From positions 992,001 through 1,056,000 of the forward strand of contig CBDCDC010000001.1 of assembly GCA_965215195.1 (NCBI GenBank): a DNA stretch of 64,000 bases. The letters run 5' to 3'. Under the pieces are notes generated by a model, which had not been told where the DNA came from, searched no databases, and was given only the letters and a program-made list of their open reading frames with translations. Shown piece after piece: positions 1-8,736 of this stretch (positions are counted from its first letter, which is position 1; the number at the start of each line of letters is the position of its first letter). The position numbers were made by a program, and so were the translations under genes. Source of the DNA: Candidatus Latescibacterota bacterium. GTDB lineage: Bacteria; Latescibacterota; UBA2968; UBA8231.

Positions 1-365
1 CCGCCGTTGCCCACGGTTTTTTCGAGATCTTCTTCGGCGAGGCCAAATTCCGCCAGATCCAACAGCGGTAGGCTCTGGCGGTTGTGCCCCAGCGGGTTGA
101 GCCGGGCGACGAAGTGGCCCATTTGCCGATAGGCCTGTACGAGGGCTTGGACGCCTTCGAGGACCAAAAGGCCATCGTTGGCCTCTATGGACTGCTGCAA
201 GGCTTCTTGGTCTGGTTCGCCGGCCGGTGCGGAGCGTGCGAAGCCAAACTCAAAGCCGCGGAAGAAGTGCCGCCACTCTTCTGGGATTGCGCTGGGATCG
301 CGCTGGTACTGGGCGTAGAGGGCCTCAATGTACCCGGCGTTTTCACTGTGCGTAGCAAATGACAT
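1..365 (-). CDS. sucA: 2-oxoglutarate dehydrogenase E1 component, N-terminal part (runs off window)
   Basis: Manual translation from ATG at 365 (GGAGG upstream): MSFATHSENAGYIEALYAQYQRDPSAIPEEWRHFFRGFEFG...VQALVQAYRQMGHFVARLNPLG, the typical SucA N-terminus. Missing from the ORF track because it is truncated. Confidence 0.9.
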   Translation of the reverse strand, partial: MSFATHSENAGYIEALYAQYQRDPSAIPEEWRHFFRGFEFGFARSAPAGEPDQEALQQSIEANDGLLVLEGVQALVQAYRQMGHFVARLNPLGHNRQSLPLLDLAEFGLAEEDLEKTVGNG

Positions 366-546
366 AGATCCTCCGACTGCATGGGCTAGATTCTGCAACT
401 GAATATAAGAAGCATAGACGACAGACAACGCAAGCGAACCGTGCGCTATGTTCGGCTTTCGCTGGGCATCCATAAGGGGTGCGTCGCTCAAGCCGAGTCT
501 CTATGCGGCGGTCGCCTAGAGGCAATTTTATAGCCATTATGCACAG

Positions 547-819
547 GTGCAAAAATGCGCTCGTCAAGCTACCGCGGCCGAGGCGGTGGTTGGCTCTAAG
601 AGGCGGCTATTTTGGAGGATGGCGCTGGCGTTGGTGGTGAGTTTGGCCGGGGCGACGTGGATCATTTTACAGGTGTGCTACGAGCACGGCGGGATCAATT
701 TGCATCCGTTCTTTGATCCGTCAGGCCGGGCGCAAATTTGCCGACATGGCGCGGCCGCCTGTCCCCACGCCGTCATTGTAACGACACATTACCGGGATCA
801 GTCGCAAGCGTCCGCATAA
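547..819 (+). pseudogene. Probable fragment of a polytopic membrane protein (recalls DUF6785-like proteins)
   Basis: One hydrophobic segment, KRRLFWRMALALVVSLAGATWIILQVCYEHGGINLHPFF, without a convincing start. The family resemblance is from recall only. Confidence 0.3.
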
Positions 820-840
820 ACTCATAGACTCGCATCGTCT

Positions 841-1359
841 TCATCTCTTAAGTTCGCTCATCCGAAACAAGGCGTGGAGCTCAATGCCTGCTCGGGCTAA
901 GCTCTCGGTGCCACCGGATTCGCGGTCGATCACGCAGATGGCCTGTGAAACTTCTGCACCGAGATTGCGCAGGTCCTGAGCGGAAAGGGCAATTTGGCCG
1001 CCGGAAGTGACGACATCTTCGACGATCAGCAGATTTTTGCCGGCAATGTCCGGGCCTTCGGCTAATTTGCAAGTGCCGTATTCTTTGGTCTGTTTGCGCA
1101 CGAAGCAAGTGGGCAGTCCCGCAAGCTGCGCGAGCATGGTGGCGATAGGCACCCCACCGAGCTCGAGGCCGGCGAGAATGTCGGTGTCGTCCGGGATTAA
1201 GGGCTGGAGGTGGGTGGCGAGTGCATAGAGGAGCGCGGGATGGGTTTCAAACTGATATTTGTCGAAATACTCTGTGGCTGTCGCGCCTGAGCGCAAAGTA
1301 AATTGTCCGCGCAGGTGAGCGGTCTGATAGATGCGGTGAGCGAGTTCGAGTCGGTTCAT
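841..1359 (-). CDS. pyrE: Orotate phosphoribosyltransferase
   Basis: MNRLELAHRIY...GQFTLRSG...YFDKY, RKQTKEYGT loop and PRPP-binding motif LIVEDVVTSGG. ATG at 1359; the longer ORF-track start overlaps the upstream gene. Confidence 0.93.
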   Translation of the reverse strand: MNRLELAHRIYQTAHLRGQFTLRSGATATEYFDKYQFETHPALLYALATHLQPLIPDDTDILAGLELGGVPIATMLAQLAGLPTCFVRKQTKEYGTCKLAEGPDIAGKNLLIVEDVVTSGGQIALSAQDLRNLGAEVSQAICVIDRESGGTESLARAGIELHALFRMSELKR

Positions 1360-1397
1360 GGCGTGGAATTTAGGGAAAAATGGGAGGAAATGCACTG

Positions 1398-3023
1398 CTA
1401 AGGTTCCTCGACGCGGAGGACTTGGTCGGCGGCGACGTTGTCGAGGGTCTGTACTTGGCCAGAAGGCCAAGTGATTTCGACGCGGGCGCGGGTGGCTTGT
1501 CCCAAGCCGAAATGCAGCCGCGGATCGTGGCTGGCCAGATAACTGCCGCCCGATTGGCGCTCCTGCGTTTGCCGGACGCCGCCAGCGGTGACGGCCACGC
1601 GGGCACCTAGGGCGTCGGGGTGGGTCCGGCCAGTGAGGAGAATTTGCAGCCAATGGTGGCGGTGGCCGCCATCGTTGCGCAACAGGCGCGGTGAGGCGGC
1701 CACCGTGGTGACCAGCAGGTCGAGGTCGCCATCGTCGTCGTAGTCGGCCACGGCCGTACCGCGCCCGACATTGGCTTGGGCAAAGGCTGGTCCCATACTG
1801 GCAGAGACGTCGGTGAAGCGTTGGCCATCCTCGTTGCGGAATAGCTGGTTGGTTTGGCGGTAGGTCTGGGTCGAGTCCCATTCGGCGACCACATCCATGA
1901 CATGGCCATTGGCGACAAACAGGTCGAGATCGCGGTCGTTGTCGTAATCGAGGAAGCGGGTGCCAAAGCCGAGGGGTCGGAACGAGGCCTCCCCCAGCCC
2001 GAGCCGCCCGGAGGCGATGGCGAACTGGCCCTGCCCGTCGTTTTGGTAGAGCGTGTTGGTCTCAAAGGCAAAGTTGGTAACGAAGAGGTCCATATCGCCG
2101 TCGCGGTCGTAGTCGCCGAAGTCGGTGCCCATGCCGGCCTCGGCGTGGCCGTGCTCGTCGTAGCGGGTTCCGGCCGCCAGCCCGATCTCGACGAAAGTAC
2201 CGCGCTGGTTCTCGTAGAGAAAGTTCATCGTCCCGTCGTTGGCCACATAGATATCGGTGTCGCCGTCCACGTCGTAGTCGGCAAAGGCCACGCCGAGGCC
2301 GCGGCCCTCTAGGGTGATGCCGGCTGGCTCGCTGACGTCGGTGAAGCGGTCGCCGTCGTTGCGGTAGAGAATATCGCCGATCGGGGAATAGGCGGCCGGC
2401 TCGCAGTAGGAGCGGGTCTTGCCGACCTTGCAGACGATATTGGCGTCGAGGCTGAAGTGAACGTAGTTGGCGACGAAGAGGTCGGTGTCGCCGTCCACGT
2501 CGTAGTCGAAGAAGCCGGCGCTGGTGCCCCAGCGTGGGTCTTCGACGCCGACCTCATTGCGGACAAAGGTGCCGCTGTCGTTGCGGTAGAGGGCGTTGGG
2601 GCCGTAGTTGGCGACGAAGAGGTCCTGATCGCCATCGGCATCGTAGTCGGCGGCCGAGACCCCGAAGCCGTAGCTTGGGTCATCTGCGGCGGTGGAGCCG
2701 CTGACGTTGTGGAAGGTTCCTTGCCCGTGATTTTGGTAGAGTTGGTTGCGCGGCAGGGGTTCGGGAGGGAGTCCTTTTAGGTAGGTGCCGTTGACTAGGT
2801 AGAGGTCGAGGTCCCAATCGCCGTCGTAGTCGAGGAAGGCAGCCCCGGCACCAAACGTTTCGACGTAGTAGTACTCCCCGGAAAAGCCGTTGAAGTGAGT
2901 AAAGTCCAAGCCAGCATCCTGGCCGACATCGACAAAGTGGATCGGGGTGGTGGGCTCAGGAGGCTCGGCGGTGCAGCCGCTCAACAGCACGAGAGCGGCC
3001 AGCCACGGCCACGGAGTGCTCAC
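1398..3023 (-). CDS. CRTAC1-family lipoprotein (FG-GAP repeats + ASPIC/UnbV domain)
   Basis: Lipobox LSGC, repeated DYDxDGDxDLFVxN motifs, C-terminal GGSYLASHDPRLHFGLG...WPSG. Confidence 0.88.
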   Translation of the reverse strand: MSTPWPWLAALVLLSGCTAEPPEPTTPIHFVDVGQDAGLDFTHFNGFSGEYYYVETFGAGAAFLDYDGDWDLDLYLVNGTYLKGLPPEPLPRNQLYQNHGQGTFHNVSGSTAADDPSYGFGVSAADYDADGDQDLFVANYGPNALYRNDSGTFVRNEVGVEDPRWGTSAGFFDYDVDGDTDLFVANYVHFSLDANIVCKVGKTRSYCEPAAYSPIGDILYRNDGDRFTDVSEPAGITLEGRGLGVAFADYDVDGDTDIYVANDGTMNFLYENQRGTFVEIGLAAGTRYDEHGHAEAGMGTDFGDYDRDGDMDLFVTNFAFETNTLYQNDGQGQFAIASGRLGLGEASFRPLGFGTRFLDYDNDRDLDLFVANGHVMDVVAEWDSTQTYRQTNQLFRNEDGQRFTDVSASMGPAFAQANVGRGTAVADYDDDGDLDLLVTTVAASPRLLRNDGGHRHHWLQILLTGRTHPDALGARVAVTAGGVRQTQERQSGGSYLASHDPRLHFGLGQATRARVEITWPSGQVQTLDNVAADQVLRVEEP

Positions 3024-4552
3024 AGCAGATGGGCCAAGGTCACGGCGAGCAATAAGCCGAGCGAGACCCAGCCCAGCAGGGTTTGGAAGCTAGCGAGGAG
3101 TTTGAGCTTGCCGGTCGCGTACCAAGGGTAGGGATCGGTGCGGGTGAAGGTGTGGATGCTGAAACCGATACAGTCGGCGAGGGTTGGGTGCCCGTCGCCA
3201 TTGGCGGACTGCAGGATGTTAGGGACCAGCCGATAGATCAGTGCCCAAAGGAGGATGCTGCCGAGGATGCAGAGGACGAGCTGTAGCGGGGCCGTGCCGT
3301 AGCGGGAGCTGAGGTTCCATAGCTCCAACGCCCAGCGGCGCGGCGCAGCATAAGAAAGGGTGCGCCGCTGGTGGTCTAGGCGCTCAACCTCGCAGTCGGC
3401 GGCGTCGCCTTTTAGTCCTTGGGCGAGGAAGTGGTGTCGCAGGCTGTTGTAGGCCGGGTCAAGCGCGGCAAACGACGCCGAGTCGGCACTGGCCAGCCGG
3501 CGGCGCACGTGCGCCCAGCGGACGCGGAGGCGGTCGAAATAGGCTTCCTCTATGTAGAGGCGGGCGTTTTCGGCGAAGGTCGAATCGGTTTGATCACTTG
3601 GGCGCAGGTCAAGGGTGCCGATAGCGGCGCGGCGCAGGTTGAGGGCGCGGTTGAAAAAGGAATTGAAACGTAGTATTCGTGCTTGGACGCCACTGAAATC
3701 AGCCTCTTTGCGGAAGTAGCTGCCGCCGAAGTAGGCTTGGGCAAAGGTCGCGTTGGCGAAGTGGGCGGCTTGGGCAAAGGTGAAGTCGGCAAAATGAGCT
3801 AGGCCGGCGAAGGTGGCCCGGTTAAAGGAGACTTCCCCGTCGGCACGAGCCGCTGCAAAGTCGGCCGCGGCGAGGAATTGGGTCCGCCAGAAAAGGGCGC
3901 GTTCGGCAAAGCGGGCACCAATAAAGGAAGCCGGGCCATTCCAACGGGCGTCCTTGAAAGAGGCCACGCCGGCGAAGCGAGCATCGGCAAAGTCGGTCTG
4001 GCCGGCGAAGTGGATGCCTTCAAAGTAGGTGGCGGCCTCAAAGCGGGTGCGGGCGAAGCGAGCGGCACCGGCGAAGTGGGCGTTGATAAACGAGTTGGGG
4101 CCGGCGAAATCGCCGTCGGCAAAGTCGGCGTCGGCGCGAAAGGCCGCCTGTTTGAGGTTGAGGTGTTTGCCAGACCGGCTTGCGCGTAGGCCGAATGCGC
4201 CGTGAAAGCGGCTATTCACCAACGAGAGGCCACTGGCGAATGCAGTGCGCTCGCATTGCACCGGGCCGAGGAAGACCACATTGTTGAGGGTGACCTCGTC
4301 TAAGAAGAAGACGTCGTTGAGATGGAGCGCGGCGCGCACGGTGTCGAGACCGGCGGTCGGGGCGTAGAGGGGACCAACGACCGCAGTGGTGTGGAGGTGG
4401 ATGGCCCCTTTTGCCCGTTGTAGGCGCGAGAGTAGCTCCTTCGCTGGGAGCAGGGCGTAAGTCTGGTCGGCGATGGTGGTGTCGGCGCGATCGGCGCGTG
4501 CGCCGAGCGGTATTAGGAGGAGGCAGCAAAGCGCCCGCAGGGGGGTGGCCAT
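3020..4552 (-). CDS. Pentapeptide-repeat protein with C-terminal 2-TM channel-like domain
   Basis: Long AxFxx repeat tract (ADFADGDFAGPNSFINAHFAGAARFARTRF...), then SSRYGT-TM-pore-helix-like FSIHTFT-TM. N-terminal signal-peptide-like segment. Confidence 0.75.
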   Translation of the reverse strand: MATPLRALCCLLLIPLGARADRADTTIADQTYALLPAKELLSRLQRAKGAIHLHTTAVVGPLYAPTAGLDTVRAALHLNDVFFLDEVTLNNVVFLGPVQCERTAFASGLSLVNSRFHGAFGLRASRSGKHLNLKQAAFRADADFADGDFAGPNSFINAHFAGAARFARTRFEAATYFEGIHFAGQTDFADARFAGVASFKDARWNGPASFIGARFAERALFWRTQFLAAADFAAARADGEVSFNRATFAGLAHFADFTFAQAAHFANATFAQAYFGGSYFRKEADFSGVQARILRFNSFFNRALNLRRAAIGTLDLRPSDQTDSTFAENARLYIEEAYFDRLRVRWAHVRRRLASADSASFAALDPAYNSLRHHFLAQGLKGDAADCEVERLDHQRRTLSYAAPRRWALELWNLSSRYGTAPLQLVLCILGSILLWALIYRLVPNILQSANGDGHPTLADCIGFSIHTFTRTDPYPWYATGKLKLLASFQTLLGWVSLGLLLAVTLAHLL

Positions 4553-6237
4553 CAGCTTTGGGCGGCGGTGTACTGCTTCAAATGGGATTCGTGGATGGTT
4601 ATCGGATAGATTTTACGCAGACTATGCATGTATTCGACGTAGCGGTGCTGGGCTTTGTCGATGAGCACGTAGGCCCGGGCACGTCGCTCTGAGTCCTCGT
4701 CGTAGGGGATGTGTTCTCGTTGGCGATCCACGACTTTGAATACCGAATAGCCTTGCTGGGTGCGGACCGGGCCGCCCACTTGGCCGACCGCGAGATCTTG
4801 GGCTAAGTCGGAGATGCCGGGGAAGAATTGCTCGGTATATATATTGAAATTGATGCGTCCGTTGTGGTGGAGGGCCTCGGCGCGTTCGCTGTGGCGCACG
4901 GCGAGGGTTTCGGCCTCGGCCTCCGTGGCTTGCGCTAGTTCGGTGAGCAGCCGCTGGGCTAACGAGTCGCTGGAGACTAGGATTTCGATGGCGACGGTAG
5001 TAGTGGGTTTGGTGAATTTCTCCGGGTGTTCGTCGTAGAAGGTGCGTGCCTCTTCTGGGGTGACCGACAGATGCTGGTCAACCATGATCTTGCGTAGGCC
5101 GGTGACCATGAGTTCTTGGCGCTTGGCGACTATACTAGCGCGGAATTCGGGGTCTTGGTCCAGCCCGGCGTTAATGATCTCAGACATGAACAGGTGTTCG
5201 GGGATAACCCGGCGGTTGAGCAATTCTGCGGCGCGCTCAGGATCGGTTAGCATTTGCGGGGCTATTTTCATCTGGCGGATGGTCTCGACGAATTTTCCTA
5301 GGCCGATGGGGTCTCCCTTGCCGAAGATGCAGACGGGCAAGGCGGCGTCGGCCTCGGCGAGAGCGAACTCCTCGCCTGTGAACTGGCCGATGCGCTCGGC
5401 CAACAGGGCGAGATTCTGCGACTGCGGTTGAGGATGGTACGCGCCCCGCAGCGAATCAAGCATGGTTTGCAGGCGCTGGTTGCGCTGGGCGATGAGCAAT
5501 TCTTCGCGGATGCGGGACTCGGAGGCTTCAAGTGGCGCGGGGATTTCGTCGAGGACGGTGAAGATGACAAACTTTTGCTCGCGGGCGATGGCCAGCGGCA
5601 TCGGCGGGGCGATTTCGCCGATTTCTAGGTCGCCGACTTCGGCTGCGACATCGGGCATGAGTTGGTCGCGCAACTGGTACAGCCCAGTATCACCGCCGCG
5701 TTCGGCACTTTCGCGGTGAGTCGAATGGATGCGGGCCAGTTGGTGGAAATCGGCACCGCCTTGGATCTGCTGGTAAAGGGCGTTGGCTTCTTCTTCGGTA
5801 TTGACCATGATGCCACCGAGACGTATTGAGCGGTCGCGGCGGGTTGCGCGGTAGTGGGCCTCGACCATTTCCGCGGTGATATTCAGCTTGCTGATGATCT
5901 CCCGTTGCTCGTAGAGGCGCAGGATGCGCGAGCGTTCATAATTAGTTAGCTCGTCGATAAACCAAACCATATTTTCGATGTTGGACGCTTCGGCTTCTTG
6001 TAGGAGTAACTCCTTGTCGATCAAGCTATTGAGCAGATTGCGGGCGATGGCCAGCGGCGTGGCCCCTTGGTGCATACCTTCGGGGATCAGGGCGGAGAAC
6101 TCGGCGAACTTAGCCGCGGTGATCGGCTTGTCGCCGACCTCGGCAACAACGAGTTCGGCCGGCGAGGGGGCCGGCGACTGATCTCCACAGGCGGCGAAGA
6201 GCCAACTGAGCAAGAGCAGGGCGTTAAGATGCTTCAT
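4552..6237 (-). CDS. Parvulin-type peptidyl-prolyl isomerase lipoprotein (PrsA/SurA-like, two rotamase domains)
   Basis: Lipobox FAAC; GADFHQLARIHS...SAERGGDTG; second domain LAVRHS...NGRI...GPVRTQQGYSVFKV. Confidence 0.85.
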   Translation of the reverse strand: MKHLNALLLLSWLFAACGDQSPAPSPAELVVAEVGDKPITAAKFAEFSALIPEGMHQGATPLAIARNLLNSLIDKELLLQEAEASNIENMVWFIDELTNYERSRILRLYEQREIISKLNITAEMVEAHYRATRRDRSIRLGGIMVNTEEEANALYQQIQGGADFHQLARIHSTHRESAERGGDTGLYQLRDQLMPDVAAEVGDLEIGEIAPPMPLAIAREQKFVIFTVLDEIPAPLEASESRIREELLIAQRNQRLQTMLDSLRGAYHPQPQSQNLALLAERIGQFTGEEFALAEADAALPVCIFGKGDPIGLGKFVETIRQMKIAPQMLTDPERAAELLNRRVIPEHLFMSEIINAGLDQDPEFRASIVAKRQELMVTGLRKIMVDQHLSVTPEEARTFYDEHPEKFTKPTTTVAIEILVSSDSLAQRLLTELAQATEAEAETLAVRHSERAEALHHNGRINFNIYTEQFFPGISDLAQDLAVGQVGGPVRTQQGYSVFKVVDRQREHIPYDEDSERRARAYVLIDKAQHRYVEYMHSLRKIYPITIHESHLKQYTAAQS

Positions 6238-6347
6238 GGTTCGGGGATGCTCCTAATTTTGAGGAAAAAAATAATGATGAATGTAAAGAGAAAGGCGCGG
6301 AATAAAAGGTAAAACGCCGGGGCGATGGGGCAAGGCTTGAAAGGTGC

Positions 6348-6376
6348 TTGCGGCGTTAGGGGCTATTGATTATAAA
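6348..6376 (+). promoter_or_regulatory. Sigma70-like promoter for the 6479 operon
   Basis: TTGCGG (6348-6353), 17-nt spacer, TATAAA (6371-6376) in an AT-rich divergent intergenic region. Confidence 0.45.
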
Positions 6377-6478
6377 TAGTTGGCCTGCTAGGGGATTGCG
6401 CGGTGATAAGCTTCGCAGATGTGATGAACTTATTGAGTTTTTTTAGATCTGAATTCACTTGTCAACGAACTTTTGCCT

Positions 6479-8704
6479 ATGAAACGCATCAGTGTATATG
6501 CTCTCTTAGTGTGCTTGCTCGGGGGCCGGCCGGCCGGTGCTGAAGTCGTGATCGTCGGCGGCGAAGGCGGTTTGGATTGGGCCAGCGGCGGCGGCGAGAT
6601 ACAAGCGACGGTCATCCGCAGCGCGACTTCAGTGGAAAATACCAACGCGCCGGGTGGGGTCATTGACTTTCGTGCCGAGGGCTTCAACAACTGGATCTTT
6701 CCGCAACGCGCCGATACCACACTCAATATCGCTATCGGTGCCAATTCCGAGGCTCGCGGCGGCTCGATCACCTCGCCCAATACCATCAACATTCGGCCGG
6801 AGTTGCCCAATATCATCGACGGCGATGGTGAGACAGCACTGGATTTGCGCGCCAGTGCCGGAGGCCAGAGCGCACGCGTGTTGGGCATTATCATCGATCT
6901 AGACTTAGGTGCCCGTTTCGGGGTTAATCGCTTCAAGTTTTTTCCCCGCAACGCCGACCCGGCGTTCCCCGCTCCGGCGTTCCCATACCAGAACGATTTT
7001 ATGCGCGGCTTCGAGATATTCATCAACGACGGTACGCCCGAGACTCAGCGCGAGGGGGTGCCGATCCGCGAGACCGTAGTGCTGGCCAACCAGAACGAAG
7101 ACCCAGTAGTTGACGCGCATATCCCGCCTCAGTACGTGCGGTTCGTGCGGCTCAAGTCGCTGACGGCGACGGGCTTTGACTTGGCCGAGTTCCAAGTTTT
7201 TGGTACCGGCTTTGTGCCTGAGGCCCTCTATATCTCCAATGTCTTTGACTTCGGCGACCTGTCGCTCTTTGGAACGCTGCGCTGGGTCGAACAGAAGGTG
7301 GGCGATAGCGGACGGTCTCGGGTCTTGATCCGCACCCGCACCGGCAACGACCCGCAGCCGGTCGAGTACAACAAAATTCGCCCAGGCGAGCAGATTTTCC
7401 GCTTGGGTGGTGGGGCTAGCCAGACGGGTACCACGGCCCGCGGCGACGAAGTGCCGTGGAAATTCGCCGCCGACATCGAGGATACCGAGCTACAGACTCT
7501 GGTTGAGACGGTGCTCGATAACGAGGATGTCGACCTGCGCGAGGCGCTCCAGATATTCAAGGATCTGCCGCTGGAGCAGCAGGAGCAGATCTCGCTGACA
7601 GCCACCGACTTCGGCCGGTTGCGCAATGAGGACAAGGGCAATATTCGCAACGATGTGACCAATTGGAGTGCTTGGTCGCCGCCGTATCCAGTCAGTGCGC
7701 TGGTTGACTTGGACGCCGACTTGGCCGACGCATTCCTGGGGGTGCCGGTGGTCTCGCCGAGTCCGCGGCGCTATTTCCAGTTCTCAATTGAGTTCTTTAG
7801 CGACGAATTTGAGTCGGCCACTGGCGTTGGGGGGATTTCCTTTGAGGTACTGCCTTCGCCTTTTGCCGAGGAGTTAATCGCCGAGATCGTCCCGCGCCAA
7901 GCGGCGCTGGGCGAAAAGGCAGACTTTACCCTCGCCGTGTTGAGCAAACTTCGCCCGGGCCTTGACCGCGGTTTCAATCGGCTACAGGTCGATACCCCGC
8001 TCAAGGTCGAAAACGTAGGACTGGTGGAGGTTCGGCACCCAGACGGCACGGCGGATGAGGCCGACTTTAGCGGCGCGGTGCTCGACCAATTGCCGCTCCA
8101 GCGCGGCGATTTTGCAGTGGTTGAGGCTGCCGACAACAGCTTCATCTTTGAGTTCCCAATGGTCGCCGCGGATGGTACCGAGGTGCGGGTAACCTTCGAC
8201 AACGCAGTGCTGCGCTTCGGCACGACCTTTACGACGCGGGCGTTCAATTCGGGCGAGGAAGTGCAGATTGCCCAAGATGTGGTATCGGGCAACGCCGCCG
8301 ATCTGGGGGAAGCCGATCCGGACTTGCAGCCTTTGGGTACTCCTTTCAGTGGGAACCTCTCGGTGGCCGTGCCGATCGTCGGCGACCTACTGGTCAACGT
8401 GCGTGCGGTCCCCGGGGTCTTTAGCCCCAACGGAGACGGCATAAACGACCAAGCTGCGGTTCAGTACGACATCACCAATATTGCTCGACCGACCGATGTA
8501 GAAATCGTGGTGCTCGACTTGGCGGGGCGGCCGGTGCGGAAGCTCTACCGCGGACTCGACAGCAGCGGGCGCCACGCGCATCCTTGGGACGGCAAAAACG
8601 ACGCCGGGGAGGCACTGCCTCCAGGCAATTATCTGTTCAGAGTGACGCTGGATGCTGGCACTGGCCAGGAACGCGGCATCGGCATGGTCAGCTTGGCTTA
8701 TTGA
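6479..8704 (+). CDS. Secreted discoidin-like protein with FlgD/CHU_C-type C-terminal domain (subtype C)
   Basis: Signal peptide; IIDGD...IIIDLDLG...FKFFPR...VRFVRL...LAEFQVFG jelly-roll-like motifs; C-terminal VFSPNGDGIND...DLAGRPV...WDGKND.G...PGNY...SLAY. Confidence 0.75.
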   Translation: MKRISVYALLVCLLGGRPAGAEVVIVGGEGGLDWASGGGEIQATVIRSATSVENTNAPGGVIDFRAEGFNNWIFPQRADTTLNIAIGANSEARGGSITSPNTINIRPELPNIIDGDGETALDLRASAGGQSARVLGIIIDLDLGARFGVNRFKFFPRNADPAFPAPAFPYQNDFMRGFEIFINDGTPETQREGVPIRETVVLANQNEDPVVDAHIPPQYVRFVRLKSLTATGFDLAEFQVFGTGFVPEALYISNVFDFGDLSLFGTLRWVEQKVGDSGRSRVLIRTRTGNDPQPVEYNKIRPGEQIFRLGGGASQTGTTARGDEVPWKFAADIEDTELQTLVETVLDNEDVDLREALQIFKDLPLEQQEQISLTATDFGRLRNEDKGNIRNDVTNWSAWSPPYPVSALVDLDADLADAFLGVPVVSPSPRRYFQFSIEFFSDEFESATGVGGISFEVLPSPFAEELIAEIVPRQAALGEKADFTLAVLSKLRPGLDRGFNRLQVDTPLKVENVGLVEVRHPDGTADEADFSGAVLDQLPLQRGDFAVVEAADNSFIFEFPMVAADGTEVRVTFDNAVLRFGTTFTTRAFNSGEEVQIAQDVVSGNAADLGEADPDLQPLGTPFSGNLSVAVPIVGDLLVNVRAVPGVFSPNGDGINDQAAVQYDITNIARPTDVEIVVLDLAGRPVRKLYRGLDSSGRHAHPWDGKNDAGEALPPGNYLFRVTLDAGTGQERGIGMVSLAY

Positions 8705-8736
8705 GGCACGGGCCTTTTTTGGAACGAGGGAGAGCA

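Noticed and set aside
1360-1881. N-terminal extension of pyrE (346-aa ORF)
   Set aside because: An alternate-frame overlap of the CRTAC1 gene; PyrE similarity begins at ATG 1359.
8704-8720. AGGC-ACGG-GCCT-TTTTT as a terminator
   Set aside because: The stem is only 4-5 bp; too weak to call, though weak attenuation is possible.
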